From Myxococcota bacterium (GTDB lineage: Bacteria > Myxococcota_A > UBA9160 > SZUA-336): a stretch of DNA of 64,000 bases. Within the stretch, counting starts at the first letter, position 1, and each line of letters begins with the position of its first letter. The notes below the pieces were generated by a model that had not been told where the DNA came from, did no database searches, and worked only from the letters and a program-made list of their open reading frames with translations. The stretch covers positions 1,248,001 to 1,312,000 of the forward strand of contig CBDFGR010000003.1 of NCBI GenBank assembly GCA_965247115.1, in the 5' to 3' direction. A program made the translations under genes and the position numbers. Below are positions 9,877-19,834 of the stretch, piece after piece.

Positions 9877-11088
9877 TCAACTATCTTCTGCAGAAGCCTC
9901 GACGGCGGCGAGAGCAGCTCGACTCGAGATGCCGGTGGAGCGACGGCCGGAACGGATGCCGTTGCGGTCGTGGCCGTTCGTGCAGTAGCCGAGCGAGATC
10001 CCCGTCGCGGGATCCGCCCAGCCGATCTGTCCACCAGCCCCGCCGTGGCCGAACGCGAGCTCGGAATTCGTGTGCCCGAAGCCGCGCGCGTTGCGGCTCT
10101 CGTCACCGGCGATGACCACGCCGAGCGCGCGATGGACCAGGTGGCCCATCAGCTCGTCTCGAAGCTCTCCGGTGCGAACCTCGAGCGCCGAGCGCAGCGT
10201 GGCAGGCTGCCAGATCTGCTCGCCGTCCAAGGACGTGCCGTTGTTGACCAGCCCCTGGTAGAAGAGAGCCAGCTCGGCCGCGGTCATCGTTCCACCACCA
10301 CCGGGGATTCCGGCCTCGCGCACCTCGGGCAAGTTGAAGCTGAGAATGGCCTCCTCCGTCACCTCGGTCAGCGGCGGCGGCGGAACGCCGAGCGCGCGAT
10401 AATCCGCGTCGGTAAGCGCTTCGCCCACGTGGACGCAGTCCGCAACCCTGCCGTGGAGCTCCCGCGGCAGTCCCACCCAGAGATCGTCCAGCCCGAGGGG
10501 CTCCGCGATCCGCCCGCGGATGAACTCGCCGTAGGCGATGCCGGAGCGGCGCTCGATGATCTCCGCGATCACATACATGCTGGAAGTCGCGTGGTACTCG
10601 AAGCGACTGCCCGGCTCCCAGTTGAGCTCCCACTCTGCAAAGCGCTCCAGTCGCCGCTCGCGGTCGAGGAACTCTGAGAGCCGGAACGGCGCGTGCGGAA
10701 AGCCTGCCGTGTGCGTGAAGAGCTGCTCCACCCGGATCCCGCCCTTGCCGTTCGTTCCGAACTCGGGAACGATGTCGGCCACGATCTCGTCGGTGCCGAG
10801 CTTGCCCTCCTGCATCAAGAGCCACCCCGCTGCCGAGGTCAGCGCCTTGGTGGAAGAGAACACACAATAGAGCGTCTCGTTCGTCGCCTCCGCCTCGCGG
10901 CCAGCATGCATCACGGTCCCGAAGGTGCGCATCCCGGCAATCCGGCCGTTCCGAGCGATCGCAATCTGCGCCGACGGAAGCAGCCCCTCACGCACCTCTT
11001 TCTCGGCCCGCGCGAACAGCTCCTCGAGCTTCCCCGAAGCGATTCCCACGTCTTCCGGCTTCTCTGCAAGAAACTCAGGGTTGACCAT
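9877..11088 (-). CDS. Serine hydrolase, beta-lactamase class C/esterase family
   Basis: SxxK 'FSSTKA', 'LFTHTAG', 'FEYHATS', 'FGHGGAGGQIGWADP'. Confidence 0.9.
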   Translation of the reverse strand: MVNPEFLAEKPEDVGIASGKLEELFARAEKEVREGLLPSAQIAIARNGRIAGMRTFGTVMHAGREAEATNETLYCVFSSTKALTSAAGWLLMQEGKLGTDEIVADIVPEFGTNGKGGIRVEQLFTHTAGFPHAPFRLSEFLDRERRLERFAEWELNWEPGSRFEYHATSSMYVIAEIIERRSGIAYGEFIRGRIAEPLGLDDLWVGLPRELHGRVADCVHVGEALTDADYRALGVPPPPLTEVTEEAILSFNLPEVREAGIPGGGGTMTAAELALFYQGLVNNGTSLDGEQIWQPATLRSALEVRTGELRDELMGHLVHRALGVVIAGDESRNARGFGHTNSELAFGHGGAGGQIGWADPATGISLGYCTNGHDRNGIRSGRRSTGISSRAALAAVEASAEDS

Positions 11089-11121
11089 GGCTCGAGATTA
11101 CCATGTGGGAATCAGCTGGGA

Positions 11122-11238
11122 GTCGGAGGTCGGGAACGTCCCCCGGGGGACTGTGGTAGCGGTATCCGAGGCGAAGAAGACCTCTGAGCACGCAGGGAGC
11201 GGAGTCCGCCGGGGGACGTTCCCGACCTTCGACGGCGT
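11122..11238. repeat. Repeat family B inverted pair (REPIN-like)
   Basis: GTCGGAGGTCGGGAACGTCCCCCGG (11122..11146) and CCGGGGGACGTTCCCGACCTTCGAC (from 11209) form a long inverted repeat. Confidence 0.8.
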
Positions 11239-11247
11239 GGGAAATCC

Positions 11248-12474
11248 CTACGCCTCGTCACCGGTGCCTCGCTTGATCTGAGAGGTCAGACCCGCACGCT
11301 CGACCTCGCCGACGCCACGAGCCAGGGAGCGATACCCGAAGCGGTCCTGGATCTCGTCGACGACGCGGTTCAGCCGGCCGCGGATCTCCCGGTCGGGGCC
11401 GGTCTCGTCCTGGAAGCTCAGCTGGGAGCCGACGGGCACTTCGATGTGCGAGACGGAGACGCCGAGCAAACGGACAGGCTCGCGCAGGGCCGCCCTGGCG
11501 AGCAGGCTGCGTCCGACGCGCGCGAGCTCCACACCATCGTCGGTCGGCTCGCGTAGCATTGCCGAACGTGTGAGCAGTGGGTACTTCCCTGCACCGAGGC
11601 CGCGGGCCAGCTTGAGCTTGACGGTCACTCCGCGGCCGCGCACGCCGTCGCGCCGGAGCCTCCGTGCGACCGCCTCGGCGTGCAGGCGTATCACCTTCTC
11701 CAGCTCGGCGTGATCGCCCACGTCGCGCTCGAACGTGTTCTCCTCGCTATAGGACTTGGCCGCTCGATAGGGCTCGACCTCGCGCGAATCCTCTCCGCGC
11801 GCCAGGCGCGCCGCCTCCAGGCCCCAGCTTCCGAGCACGCCACCGAGGCGCTCGTTGGGGGCTCGCGCGAGATCTCCGATCGTGCGGATCCCGATCCGTT
11901 CGAGTCGAGCGCGGGCAGCGGGACCGATCCCCCAGATCCTCCCGACGGGAAGCGGATCCAGAAACTCGCCGAGCTCACCCTGGTTGACCTGGAGCAGACC
12001 ATCCGGCTTGGCCAGGTCGCTGGCGATCTTCGCCACCATCTTCACGGGTGCGATCCCGACAGAGACCGCGAGCTCGGTCTCCGCGCGCACGTCAGCACGC
12101 AGCTTGCGACCGACCTCGGCAGGCGGGCCGAGCAGCTGCTCCGTACCGGTCAGATCGAGGAAGGCCTCGTCGAGCGACAGACCTTCGACGCTCGGCGTGA
12201 AGCGCCGGAAGATCTCGAAGATGCGCCGGCTCTCGCGACGGTACTGGGCCATGCGCCCGGGCACGAAGATCAGCTCGGGACAGCGCTGCCGTGCCTCTAC
12301 CGACGGCATCGCGGAGTGGATGCCGAACTTCCGCGCCTCGTAGCTGGCCGCCGAGACGACGCCACGCGCCGACGGCCCGCCGACGACTACGGGCTTGCCG
12401 CGCAGTGAGGGATCGTCGCGCTGCTCCACGGCCGCGTAGAAGGCGTCCATGTCGGCATGGAGAACGGTCCCCAA
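11248..12474 (-). CDS. dinB: DNA polymerase IV (Y family)
   Basis: 'LHADMDAFYAAVEQ', 'SAASYEAR', 'SLDEAFLD', 'KIASDLAKPDG'. Confidence 0.95.
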   Translation of the reverse strand: MGTVLHADMDAFYAAVEQRDDPSLRGKPVVVGGPSARGVVSAASYEARKFGIHSAMPSVEARQRCPELIFVPGRMAQYRRESRRIFEIFRRFTPSVEGLSLDEAFLDLTGTEQLLGPPAEVGRKLRADVRAETELAVSVGIAPVKMVAKIASDLAKPDGLLQVNQGELGEFLDPLPVGRIWGIGPAARARLERIGIRTIGDLARAPNERLGGVLGSWGLEAARLARGEDSREVEPYRAAKSYSEENTFERDVGDHAELEKVIRLHAEAVARRLRRDGVRGRGVTVKLKLARGLGAGKYPLLTRSAMLREPTDDGVELARVGRSLLARAALREPVRLLGVSVSHIEVPVGSQLSFQDETGPDREIRGRLNRVVDEIQDRFGYRSLARGVGEVERAGLTSQIKRGTGDEA

Positions 12475-12484
12475 AATCCCTCGC

Positions 12485-13270
12485 TCAGTTCCCTCCCAGG
12501 ATCAGCGGCAGGCCGTCGGGTCCCGATCCGATCACGACCACCTTCGCGTTGGCGCTGCTCGAGAGGCTTTCCGTGGCCTCGATCCCCTTCCAGCGCAGCA
12601 GGTCGGCGGTCAGCCCCTGCGAGACGATCTTCTGGAACTCCGCGATGCCCTCGGCCTCGATGGCCTTGCGCTGCGCCTCCTGGCGCTCGCGGGCGAGCGT
12701 GAAGACCATCTTCTCGGAGCGCTGCTCCTCCTCGAGCTTCTCGGAGATCGCGATCCGCAGCTTCTCTGGCAGCTCCACGTTGCGAATCAGGATGGCCTCG
12801 ACGATCACGTGCTTGTCCTCGAGCGCCGTCTCGATCCCCCCTATGATCGCGGTCTCGACCTCCTGGCGCTTGGTGGAATAGATCTCTTCCGGCGTGAACT
12901 GGCCGACGATCTTGCGCACCTCGGCGCGGATCGTCGGCTTGATGATCTTGGCGTAGTAGTTGGGGCCGATCTCCTGGTGTAGCGGGGGGAGCTCCGCAGC
13001 CATCGGCCGGAACCGGATCGAGACATCGAGGCCCACCGAGAGCCCGTTGCTCGCGAGGATGCTGAGCCGTTCCGGACCGTCCTGCACTCGGACGTCGTAG
13101 ACGTACATGGTGTCCCAGGGCCAGACGCGGTGAATGCCCTCCCCGAAGAAGCCCTGCTGCGTCCCCCCAAAGAGCTTGAAGAGCACTCCCTGGTGACCCG
13201 ACTCGATTCGAACGCAGCCCCCGCTGACGAGCGCCACCAGTACCCATAGAGTCGCCTTTCGGAACTTCAT
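12485..13270 (-). CDS. SPFH/prohibitin family membrane protein
   Basis: 'GHQGVLFKLFGG...EGIHRVWPW', 'AIEAEGIAEFQ', 'LLRWKGIEAT'; AGGAGG RBS before ATG 13270/13273. Confidence 0.9.
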   Translation of the reverse strand: MKFRKATLWVLVALVSGGCVRIESGHQGVLFKLFGGTQQGFFGEGIHRVWPWDTMYVYDVRVQDGPERLSILASNGLSVGLDVSIRFRPMAAELPPLHQEIGPNYYAKIIKPTIRAEVRKIVGQFTPEEIYSTKRQEVETAIIGGIETALEDKHVIVEAILIRNVELPEKLRIAISEKLEEEQRSEKMVFTLARERQEAQRKAIEAEGIAEFQKIVSQGLTADLLRWKGIEATESLSSSANAKVVVIGSGPDGLPLILGGN

Positions 13271-13453
13271 CATTCCTCCTCGTCCGGAGACGTGCCGCGG
13301 TCGCGCCGCCCAGGGGCATTGCGGCAGGTCTCGGATTCTAGCGCCCAGAGAGCGTGACGCGAAGCGACTCCCACGTCTAGTGCAGGCAGCGCCTTTCCGC
13401 TCTTCGACGCCCCGATCGAGCGCGATCCCGCTCCTGCTCGGTACGCTGACCCG

Positions 13454-14290
13454 ATGGCAGGAGACCCGCGCCACACACCCGCGGCTCCCGATCCGCAGGC
13501 GGCGTCGATCGACACGCAGCTGACCCCGTCAGGCACGGCCTTCGCGGCGGTGGCCCACGAGATCAACAACCCGATCACGTACGTGCTCGGAAACCTGGCG
13601 GAGCTGGAACGGCTCACCGCAGCGATGCGGGAGGTCATCGTGTCCTATCGCGAGCTCTCGCGCGGCAGCGCGCAGGGGGATGCGGCAGGCGTGATCGCCG
13701 GCATCGAGGCAAAGCTCGAGCAGTGTGGGGGAATCGCGTTGCTCGACGAGCTGCTCGCCGACACGCTCGAGGGGGCGCGCCGCATTCGCGACCTGGTTCG
13801 AGATCTGGACGCGGCGACTCGAGGAGCCGAGCTTCACAAAGAGGTGCTCGACGTAGCGCAGGTCATCGACTCGAGTCTGCGCCTGGTCGCGCCGCACTTC
13901 CCGCGTCCCGCCGAGCTCGAGCGCGACTATCGCGCGACGCGCTTCGTCCGGGCAGATCGCATGAAGCTCGATCAGGTGCTCCTCAACCTGCTCACTAACG
14001 CGGCCGATGCCTGTGCCGAGTCGGACAAGCCCTGCATCCGCATTCGTACCCGAGACTGTGACGGCGGCGTCGCGATCGAGATCGAAGACACGGGTCCAGG
14101 CGTCTGCGAAAGCACGCGTTCCCAGCTCTTTACTCCGTTCTTCACCACGAAGCAGCCTGGCGCCGGTACCGGGCTCGGGCTGTACATCAGCCGCCGCATC
14201 GTCGAAGAGCACGGCGGCTCCATCGGATTTCGCTGCCCGGAGTCCGGGGGTACCATCTTCTCTGTCTACCTGCCGGTCGAGGAGGCGTGA
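13454..14290 (+). CDS. Cytoplasmic histidine kinase (HisKA + HATPase, no sensor domain)
   Basis: H box 'AHEINNP', N box 'QVLLNLLTNAADA', G1 'DTGPG', F box 'FTPFFTTK', G2 'GTGLGL'. Confidence 0.9.
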   Translation: MAGDPRHTPAAPDPQAASIDTQLTPSGTAFAAVAHEINNPITYVLGNLAELERLTAAMREVIVSYRELSRGSAQGDAAGVIAGIEAKLEQCGGIALLDELLADTLEGARRIRDLVRDLDAATRGAELHKEVLDVAQVIDSSLRLVAPHFPRPAELERDYRATRFVRADRMKLDQVLLNLLTNAADACAESDKPCIRIRTRDCDGGVAIEIEDTGPGVCESTRSQLFTPFFTTKQPGAGTGLGLYISRRIVEEHGGSIGFRCPESGGTIFSVYLPVEEA

Positions 14291-14778
14291 TGGCCAGCCG
14301 AGTGACAGAGCTTCCCGGAGTCGGAACCAAGCACAGCATCGATCTCCCGGGGGGCGACGAGCTCGTCATCGTCGAGCACCGGGCCGGGCACTGGGAGCTC
14401 GCTCGGGTCGACACGGCCGGAAACACGACGCCGCTGATCCAGCTCCGCGGGCGCGAGGCCGGGGAGCTGGGCCGCATTCTCTCGCGCAGTGAGGTCCAGA
14501 AGGAGGACCCGCGCAAGCGCCTGCTCCTGGAGGAGTTCGGTCTCGAGTGGCTCAAGCTCGAAGAGGACTCGGCCCTGATCGGTGCCACACTCCAGAGCTC
14601 GGAGATCCGCGCGCGCACGGGCGTGAACGTGATCGCCGTGCTGCGAGAAGAGGGCTCGATCCTGAGCCCACCTCCCGACCAGCAGATCGAGTCGGGCGAC
14701 ACGCTCGTGGTCATGGGACACCGTGACCAGGTGGACCAGTTTCTCTCCAGCTTCTCCACGCTTCGCACCCAGGACTAG
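14287..14778 (+). CDS. khtT: Cation:proton antiporter regulatory subunit (KhtT-like, TrkA-C/RCK_C)
   Basis: 'ELPGVGTKH', 'IRARTGVNVIAVLR...PPPDQQIESGDTLVVMG'. Confidence 0.85.
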   Translation: MMASRVTELPGVGTKHSIDLPGGDELVIVEHRAGHWELARVDTAGNTTPLIQLRGREAGELGRILSRSEVQKEDPRKRLLLEEFGLEWLKLEEDSALIGATLQSSEIRARTGVNVIAVLREEGSILSPPPDQQIESGDTLVVMGHRDQVDQFLSSFSTLRTQD

Positions 14779-14787
14779 CCAGACGAC

Positions 14788-15942
14788 ATGGAGGGGAACC
14801 TCTTTCAGTTCTCGCTCCTGCTCGGCGTGCTGGGCGTCGCGGCCGCGGTCTCGATCACGCTGCGCTTTCCCGTGGTCCCGCTCTACATCCTCTCTGGCGT
14901 CGTACTGGGCAACTGGGTCGCTCCCGATGCGGTGGTCCAGTTTCTGGGCTCTCTCGGCGTCGTGTTCTTGCTGTTCTCGATGGGACTCGAGTTCTCGCTG
15001 GGCTCGGTGGCCAGCACTCCCCGCCGCTTTCTCAGCGCGGGCTCGCTCGATCTCTTGCTCAACTTCCCGATCGGTCTGCTCGCAGGCCTCGCCCTGGGCT
15101 GGACCTGGGCGGAGGCACTGTTTCTCGCCGGAATCCTCTACATGAGCTCGAGCGCTGTCGTCAGCAAATGCATCGTCGAGTTCGGTCGAGCCGCGCGCCC
15201 GGAGACGGAGACGATCCTCGGGATCATGGTCTTCGAGGATCTGGTGATCGCGATCTACCTGGTCCTGATCAACGCGCTCATTGTCGGAGGCGTGGCGGCG
15301 ACGAGCGGGTGGGCACAGGTGAGCGCCGTGGCGCGACCGCTTCTGTTCGTGGCGCTGCTTGCCGTGCTGGCCTGGCGGCTGCAAGCCCCGCTCGAGCGGC
15401 TGATCGCGTCTCGGTCGGACGAAGGCTTCACACTCTTGCTGTTCGCCTTCGTCCTCTTGATCGCCTCATCCGCACTCGGTGCGGGACTCTCGGAGGCGGT
15501 CGGGGCGTTCCTTGCCGGAATCGTGATCGGCTCGACGCGCCTCAAGGAGCGGGCGGCTCGGACGCTCCACCCCTTCCAGACCCTGTTTGCTGCACTGTTC
15601 TTCGTCTCGTTCGGCATGGGCATCGATCTGGCCAGCATCGGCGCCGTCGCTGCGCCGGCCTTCATCCTGATCGTGCTCGGCTTCTGCACCAAGGTTGTTG
15701 GCGGTTTTCTGGCCGGACGCAGCGCCGGACACACGCCGGCTCAGAGCGCGGTCGTCGGCCTGTCCCTGGTTCCGAAGGGCGAGTTCTCCATCGTCATCGC
15801 GGCCCTGGCCGCGGCAGCATCGGGAAGCGACTCCCAGATCGAGGCCCTGACCGGCATCTACGTCTTCACCCTCGCCTTCCTGGGCCCCGTCGGCATGCGC
15901 GAAGCTGACCGCATCTGGCGCGCCCTCTCCCAAAGAAGTTGA
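14788..15942 (+). CDS. khtU: CPA2 K+/H+ antiporter (KhtU-like)
   Basis: 'LLFSMGLEFS', 'SSSAVVSK', 'VFEDL', 'LVPKGEFSIVIA'; follows khtT. Confidence 0.85.
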   Translation: MEGNLFQFSLLLGVLGVAAAVSITLRFPVVPLYILSGVVLGNWVAPDAVVQFLGSLGVVFLLFSMGLEFSLGSVASTPRRFLSAGSLDLLLNFPIGLLAGLALGWTWAEALFLAGILYMSSSAVVSKCIVEFGRAARPETETILGIMVFEDLVIAIYLVLINALIVGGVAATSGWAQVSAVARPLLFVALLAVLAWRLQAPLERLIASRSDEGFTLLLFAFVLLIASSALGAGLSEAVGAFLAGIVIGSTRLKERAARTLHPFQTLFAALFFVSFGMGIDLASIGAVAAPAFILIVLGFCTKVVGGFLAGRSAGHTPAQSAVVGLSLVPKGEFSIVIAALAAAASGSDSQIEALTGIYVFTLAFLGPVGMREADRIWRALSQRS

Positions 15943-15954
15943 AGAAGTTAAGAA

Positions 15955-16035
15955 GGGGACGGTCCTTAATCTTAACTTCTGGATCGAAGCTATGGGCCCG
16001 GACCGGAAGTTATAACTAAGGACCGTCCCCAAGTT
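15955..16035. repeat. Inverted pair of the GGGGACGGTCCTTA module (shared with family A) between convergent genes
   Basis: GGGGACGGTCCTTAATCTTAACTTC / GAAGTTATAACTAAGGACCGTCCCC, 25-nt arms with 3 mismatches. Confidence 0.85.
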
Positions 16036-16048
16036 ATGCGGGGTGCCG

Positions 16049-16330
16049 CTAGACTTCCTCGGGGGTGAGGGTTTCCAGGGCCAGGGCGTGGATGGCGCCG
16101 CCCATGTGGGGGGCGAGGGCCGCGTACACGGTGCGGTGACGCTGGAGTCGGGGCTGGTTGCGGAAGCCATCCGAGACGATACGGACGCGGAAGTGGCCAC
16201 CGCCCGATGCGGCGCCCGCGTGGCCTCGGTGCAGGTGGCTCTCGTCCTGGACCTGGATTGATTGCGGGGCGAGAGCTTCGCGCAGCGTCTGCTCGATCCA
16301 CTCGCGCGCCGATGGCTCCAGCTCGGGCAT
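16049..16330 (-). CDS. bolA: BolA family protein
   Basis: 'DESHLHRGH...GHFRVRIVSDGF...RHRTVY...IHALAL'. Confidence 0.92.
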   Translation of the reverse strand: MPELEPSAREWIEQTLREALAPQSIQVQDESHLHRGHAGAASGGGHFRVRIVSDGFRNQPRLQRHRTVYAALAPHMGGAIHALALETLTPEEV

Positions 16331-16336
16331 GCCGTT

Positions 16337-19036
16337 TTACAAGAGCTCGCGGAGAACGTAGGGAAGGATGCCACCGTGCCGGTAGTAGTCGAGCTCCACG
16401 GGAGTGTCGATGCGGACGCGAGTGGTGAACTCGCGCGGGTCACCGGAGTCGGAGCGGGCGCGGACGCCGAGCTCCTGACCAGGCTGGATCGCGTCGAGTC
16501 CCTCGATGTCGAAGCTCTCCCGACCGGAGAGCCCGAGCTCCGCGACACCCTGTCCCTCGAGGAACTCCAGCGGCAGGATGCCCATGCCAATCAAATTGCT
16601 GCGGTGGATGCGTTCATAGCTCTTGACGATCACGGCCCGGATGCCGAGGAGCAGCGGTCCCTTCGCCGCCCAGTCGCGGGAGGAGCCTGTGCCGTACTCG
16701 AGCCCGCCGAGCGCGATCAGGGGAACCCCCTCTGCGCGGTACTGCTCGGCAGCGTCGAAGATCGGTACGACCTCGGCGTCGGGCAGGCGCACGGTGTAGC
16801 CGCCCTCAACTCCGGGGACGAGCTGATTCCGCAGCCGGACGTTGGCGAAGGTGCCTCGAGCCAGGACCTCGTGGTTGCCGCGCCGCGCTCCGAAGGAGTT
16901 GAAGTCCTTCTGCTCGATCCCGTGTTCGAGAAGGTAGCGGCCGGCGGGACCGTCGACGGGAATCGAGCCCGCCGGTGAGATGTGGTCCGTCGTGACGGAA
17001 TCACCGAGCACGACCAGCGCGCGCGCGCCGTGAACGTCCACGAGCGCTGCGGGCTTCCGAGTAATGCCCTGGAAGAAACTGGGGAGTCGCACGTAGGTGG
17101 AGTCGTGAGACCACGGGTAGCGGACCCCCGTCGGGATCTCGATCGCCTTCCAGGTCTCGTCGCCTTCGAACACGTTCGCGTAGCGCTCCCGAAACATCCC
17201 CCGCTTCACGGCTCCGGCGACCGTCCGCGCCACGTCGTCGCTGGTCGGCCAGATGTCGCGCAGCATGACCGGCCGCCCCGAGGGGTCCCTGCCGATCGCA
17301 TCCTCGCTCCAGTTGAAGTCCATGCGCCCGGCAAGGGCGTAGGCCACCACCAGGGGCGGCGAGGCGAGGTAGTTCGCGCGCACCCTGGCGTTCACCCGCC
17401 CCTCGAAGTTTCGATTGCCGGACAGCACCGCCGCTACGGCGAGCTCCGCGTCGTCGACGGCGGCAGCGATCGGCTCGGGCAGGGGGCCGCTGTTCCCGAT
17501 GCACGTCGTACAGCCGTAGCCCACCACGTTGAAGCGCAGCTTCTCCAGATACGCGAGCAGGCCCGCCTCGGCCAGGTAGTCGCTCACCACTCGCGAGCCG
17601 GGTGCGAGGCTGGTCTTGACCCAGGGTTTTACCTGGAGCCCGAGCTCCACCGCGTTCTTCGCCAGTAAGCCTGCAGCGACGAGGACGGATGGATTCGAGG
17701 TATTCGTGCAGCTCGTGATCGCAGCGATGACCACGTGTCCGTGCCCAAGCTCGTAGCTGCTGTCGCCGTCTCGCACACTGACCGTACGAGCGAGCTCGGC
17801 GTCGCTGACCGCGCCCGCTGGCGAGATCAGCTCGGGCAAGCAGCGGCTCCAGTCCGAGTGCGCCTCGGTGAGCGGCACTCGGTCCTGCGGCCGCTTCGGA
17901 CCCGCGAGGCTCGGAACCAGCGTCCCCAGGTCGAGGCTGAGTCGCGAGCTGTACTCGGGAACCGGATCGTCGGGGAGCGCGAACACGCCCTGGGCGCGCG
18001 CGTACGCCTCGACCAGCGCGATCTGCTCGTCCTCGCGCCCCGTGAGCTCCAGATACTCGAGCGTCTTCTCGTCGATGGGGAAATAACCAACGGTGGCCCC
18101 GTACTCGGGGGCCATGTTGGCCACGGTCGCACGATCTGCCACGGAGAGCGCGTTCAGACCCGAACCGAAAAACTCGACGAACTTCCCCACCACGCCGTGC
18201 GCCCGGAGCAGCTGCACGACTGTAAGCACCAGGTCGGTCGCAGTGGCCCCCTCCGGCAGGCGACCGCGCAGCTCGAAGCCCACCACATCGGGAATGAGCA
18301 TGGAGACGGGCTGGCCGAGCAGGCACGCCTCTGCCTCGATCCCGCCGACGCCCCAGCCCAACACACCCAACCCGTTGACCATAGTGGTATGGGAGTCCGC
18401 TCCCACCAGGGTGTCAGGGAAGGCCAGCCACTCGCCCTGCTGCTGCTGCGCGAACACGACCTGCGCCAGGTACTCGATGTTCACCTGGTGCACGATCCCG
18501 GTGGAAGGCGGAACCACGCTCAGACCCTCCAGGGCAGACTGTCCCCAGCGCAGGAACTCGTAGCGCTCCCGATTGCGCGTGAACTCGATCTCCGCGTTCA
18601 GCGCGAGGGCGTCCGGCGAGCCGAAGTGATCGATCTGAACCGAGTGGTCGACGACGAGCTCCACCGGGCACAGCGGGTTGATCCGAGCGGGATCGCCGCC
18701 GAGCTCGGCCATGGCGTCGCGCATGGCGGCCAGGTCAACGACGGCGGGGACACCCGTGAAGTCCTGCAACACTACACGCGCGGGCCGGAATGCGATCTCC
18801 GCTCGAGCCTTCGCCGAGGGTACCCAGCTGGCCAGCGCCGCGATGTCGCTGCGCGTGACGCTGCTCTCATCCTCGTGCCGCAGCAGATTCTCGAGCAAGA
18901 TCCGAATCGAGCGAGGCAGACGTGTCATGTCGCCGAGCCCGGCCTCCACGACCGCACCCAGGCGGGCGATGCGATAGGTTCGCCCGCCCACGTCGAGGGT
19001 CCCTGCGCTCCAGGTCGGGCTGCGCTGTGCCGCCAT
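16337..19036 (-). CDS. acnA: Aconitate hydratase AcnA
   Basis: 'LQDFTGVPAVVDLAAMRD', 'DSHTTM', 'AITSCTNTSNP', 'GYGCTTCIGNSG', 'GSSRDWAAKG'; start moved to ATG 19036 behind GAGGAG. Confidence 0.97.
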   Translation of the reverse strand: MAAQRSPTWSAGTLDVGGRTYRIARLGAVVEAGLGDMTRLPRSIRILLENLLRHEDESSVTRSDIAALASWVPSAKARAEIAFRPARVVLQDFTGVPAVVDLAAMRDAMAELGGDPARINPLCPVELVVDHSVQIDHFGSPDALALNAEIEFTRNRERYEFLRWGQSALEGLSVVPPSTGIVHQVNIEYLAQVVFAQQQQGEWLAFPDTLVGADSHTTMVNGLGVLGWGVGGIEAEACLLGQPVSMLIPDVVGFELRGRLPEGATATDLVLTVVQLLRAHGVVGKFVEFFGSGLNALSVADRATVANMAPEYGATVGYFPIDEKTLEYLELTGREDEQIALVEAYARAQGVFALPDDPVPEYSSRLSLDLGTLVPSLAGPKRPQDRVPLTEAHSDWSRCLPELISPAGAVSDAELARTVSVRDGDSSYELGHGHVVIAAITSCTNTSNPSVLVAAGLLAKNAVELGLQVKPWVKTSLAPGSRVVSDYLAEAGLLAYLEKLRFNVVGYGCTTCIGNSGPLPEPIAAAVDDAELAVAAVLSGNRNFEGRVNARVRANYLASPPLVVAYALAGRMDFNWSEDAIGRDPSGRPVMLRDIWPTSDDVARTVAGAVKRGMFRERYANVFEGDETWKAIEIPTGVRYPWSHDSTYVRLPSFFQGITRKPAALVDVHGARALVVLGDSVTTDHISPAGSIPVDGPAGRYLLEHGIEQKDFNSFGARRGNHEVLARGTFANVRLRNQLVPGVEGGYTVRLPDAEVVPIFDAAEQYRAEGVPLIALGGLEYGTGSSRDWAAKGPLLLGIRAVIVKSYERIHRSNLIGMGILPLEFLEGQGVAELGLSGRESFDIEGLDAIQPGQELGVRARSDSGDPREFTTRVRIDTPVELDYYRHGGILPYVLRELL

Positions 19037-19330
19037 GCTTCGCTCCTCTACGAGAGACAGGCGCAACATAGCGGAGCGGTGCGAGTGCCACCCGGCCGGG
19101 TCGGTGCAACAGGGCCGGTGAGGAGACTTGCGGTGGGAGTGCCTTGGCTTGGAGCGCCGTAGCGCTTCGCCCGAGCACGACCGGGTGGCCTCGGAGAGTG
19201 GATCAGAGCAGGATCCGTACCAAGCCAGCGTTATCTCCCGGAAAACGCAGCCAACGCGGGCAGCTTCGTCGACTCCTGCCACTCGGAACGAAGCCAACTG
19301 GAGGGAGGTTCGGAGGAAACCTTCCCTACT

Positions 19331-19783
19331 TTAGTCCCGGAGCTCCAGGCGGAGCTCGGCCTCCAGCTCCGGATCGAGCTCGGGCTCCCCCGCAGCACGG
19401 GTCACCCGCCGGAGCGCGGCCGTGAGGATGCCAAGGCCGGCGAGCAGGATCAGGCCGGGCAGCACCCAGCCGAGCGGCCCGCGCGGTACGGCGGACAGGT
19501 CCGTCTCTGGGATGCGCGCCTGCAACCGCGCGCGAATCTCGGCATCGGACACACCGGCGTCGACCCAGGCGCGGATCTCCTCCCGCCAGGCGGCCGCGTT
19601 CGGACTGGGACAGTCCGTCAGGGTCCGACCGGGACAGAACGGGCTCATCAGGTCGCCGCCCAGAGCGTAGGCTCGCCGGGAGCGCTCCGTGTCGGAACCG
19701 CTCACGGTCTGTGCAGAGCTGACCGACCCCAGCACCATACAGGCAACAACGAGCAGAGCTCCGAGCGAACGAGCAGCGATCAT
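19331..19783 (-). CDS. ccmH: Cytochrome c biogenesis protein CcmH/CycL-like
   Basis: Signal peptide, 'LMSPFCPGRTLTDCPS', 'EIRAWVDAGVSDAEI', C-terminal TM. Confidence 0.75.
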   Translation of the reverse strand: MIAARSLGALLVVACMVLGSVSSAQTVSGSDTERSRRAYALGGDLMSPFCPGRTLTDCPSPNAAAWREEIRAWVDAGVSDAEIRARLQARIPETDLSAVPRGPLGWVLPGLILLAGLGILTAALRRVTRAAGEPELDPELEAELRLELRD

Positions 19784-19834
19784 CTCGAGCCTGACAATAC
19801 CCGTCTTCGCGGGAATCCGCCGCGGCTGGCCGAC

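Noticed and set aside
19037..19297. N-terminal extensions in the ORF track (acnA, ecm, acyl-CoA ligase, actD, GntR, TPP enzyme, BtuF-like)
   Set aside because: Family similarity begins at downstream starts, often with an RBS; most extensions overlap neighbouring genes
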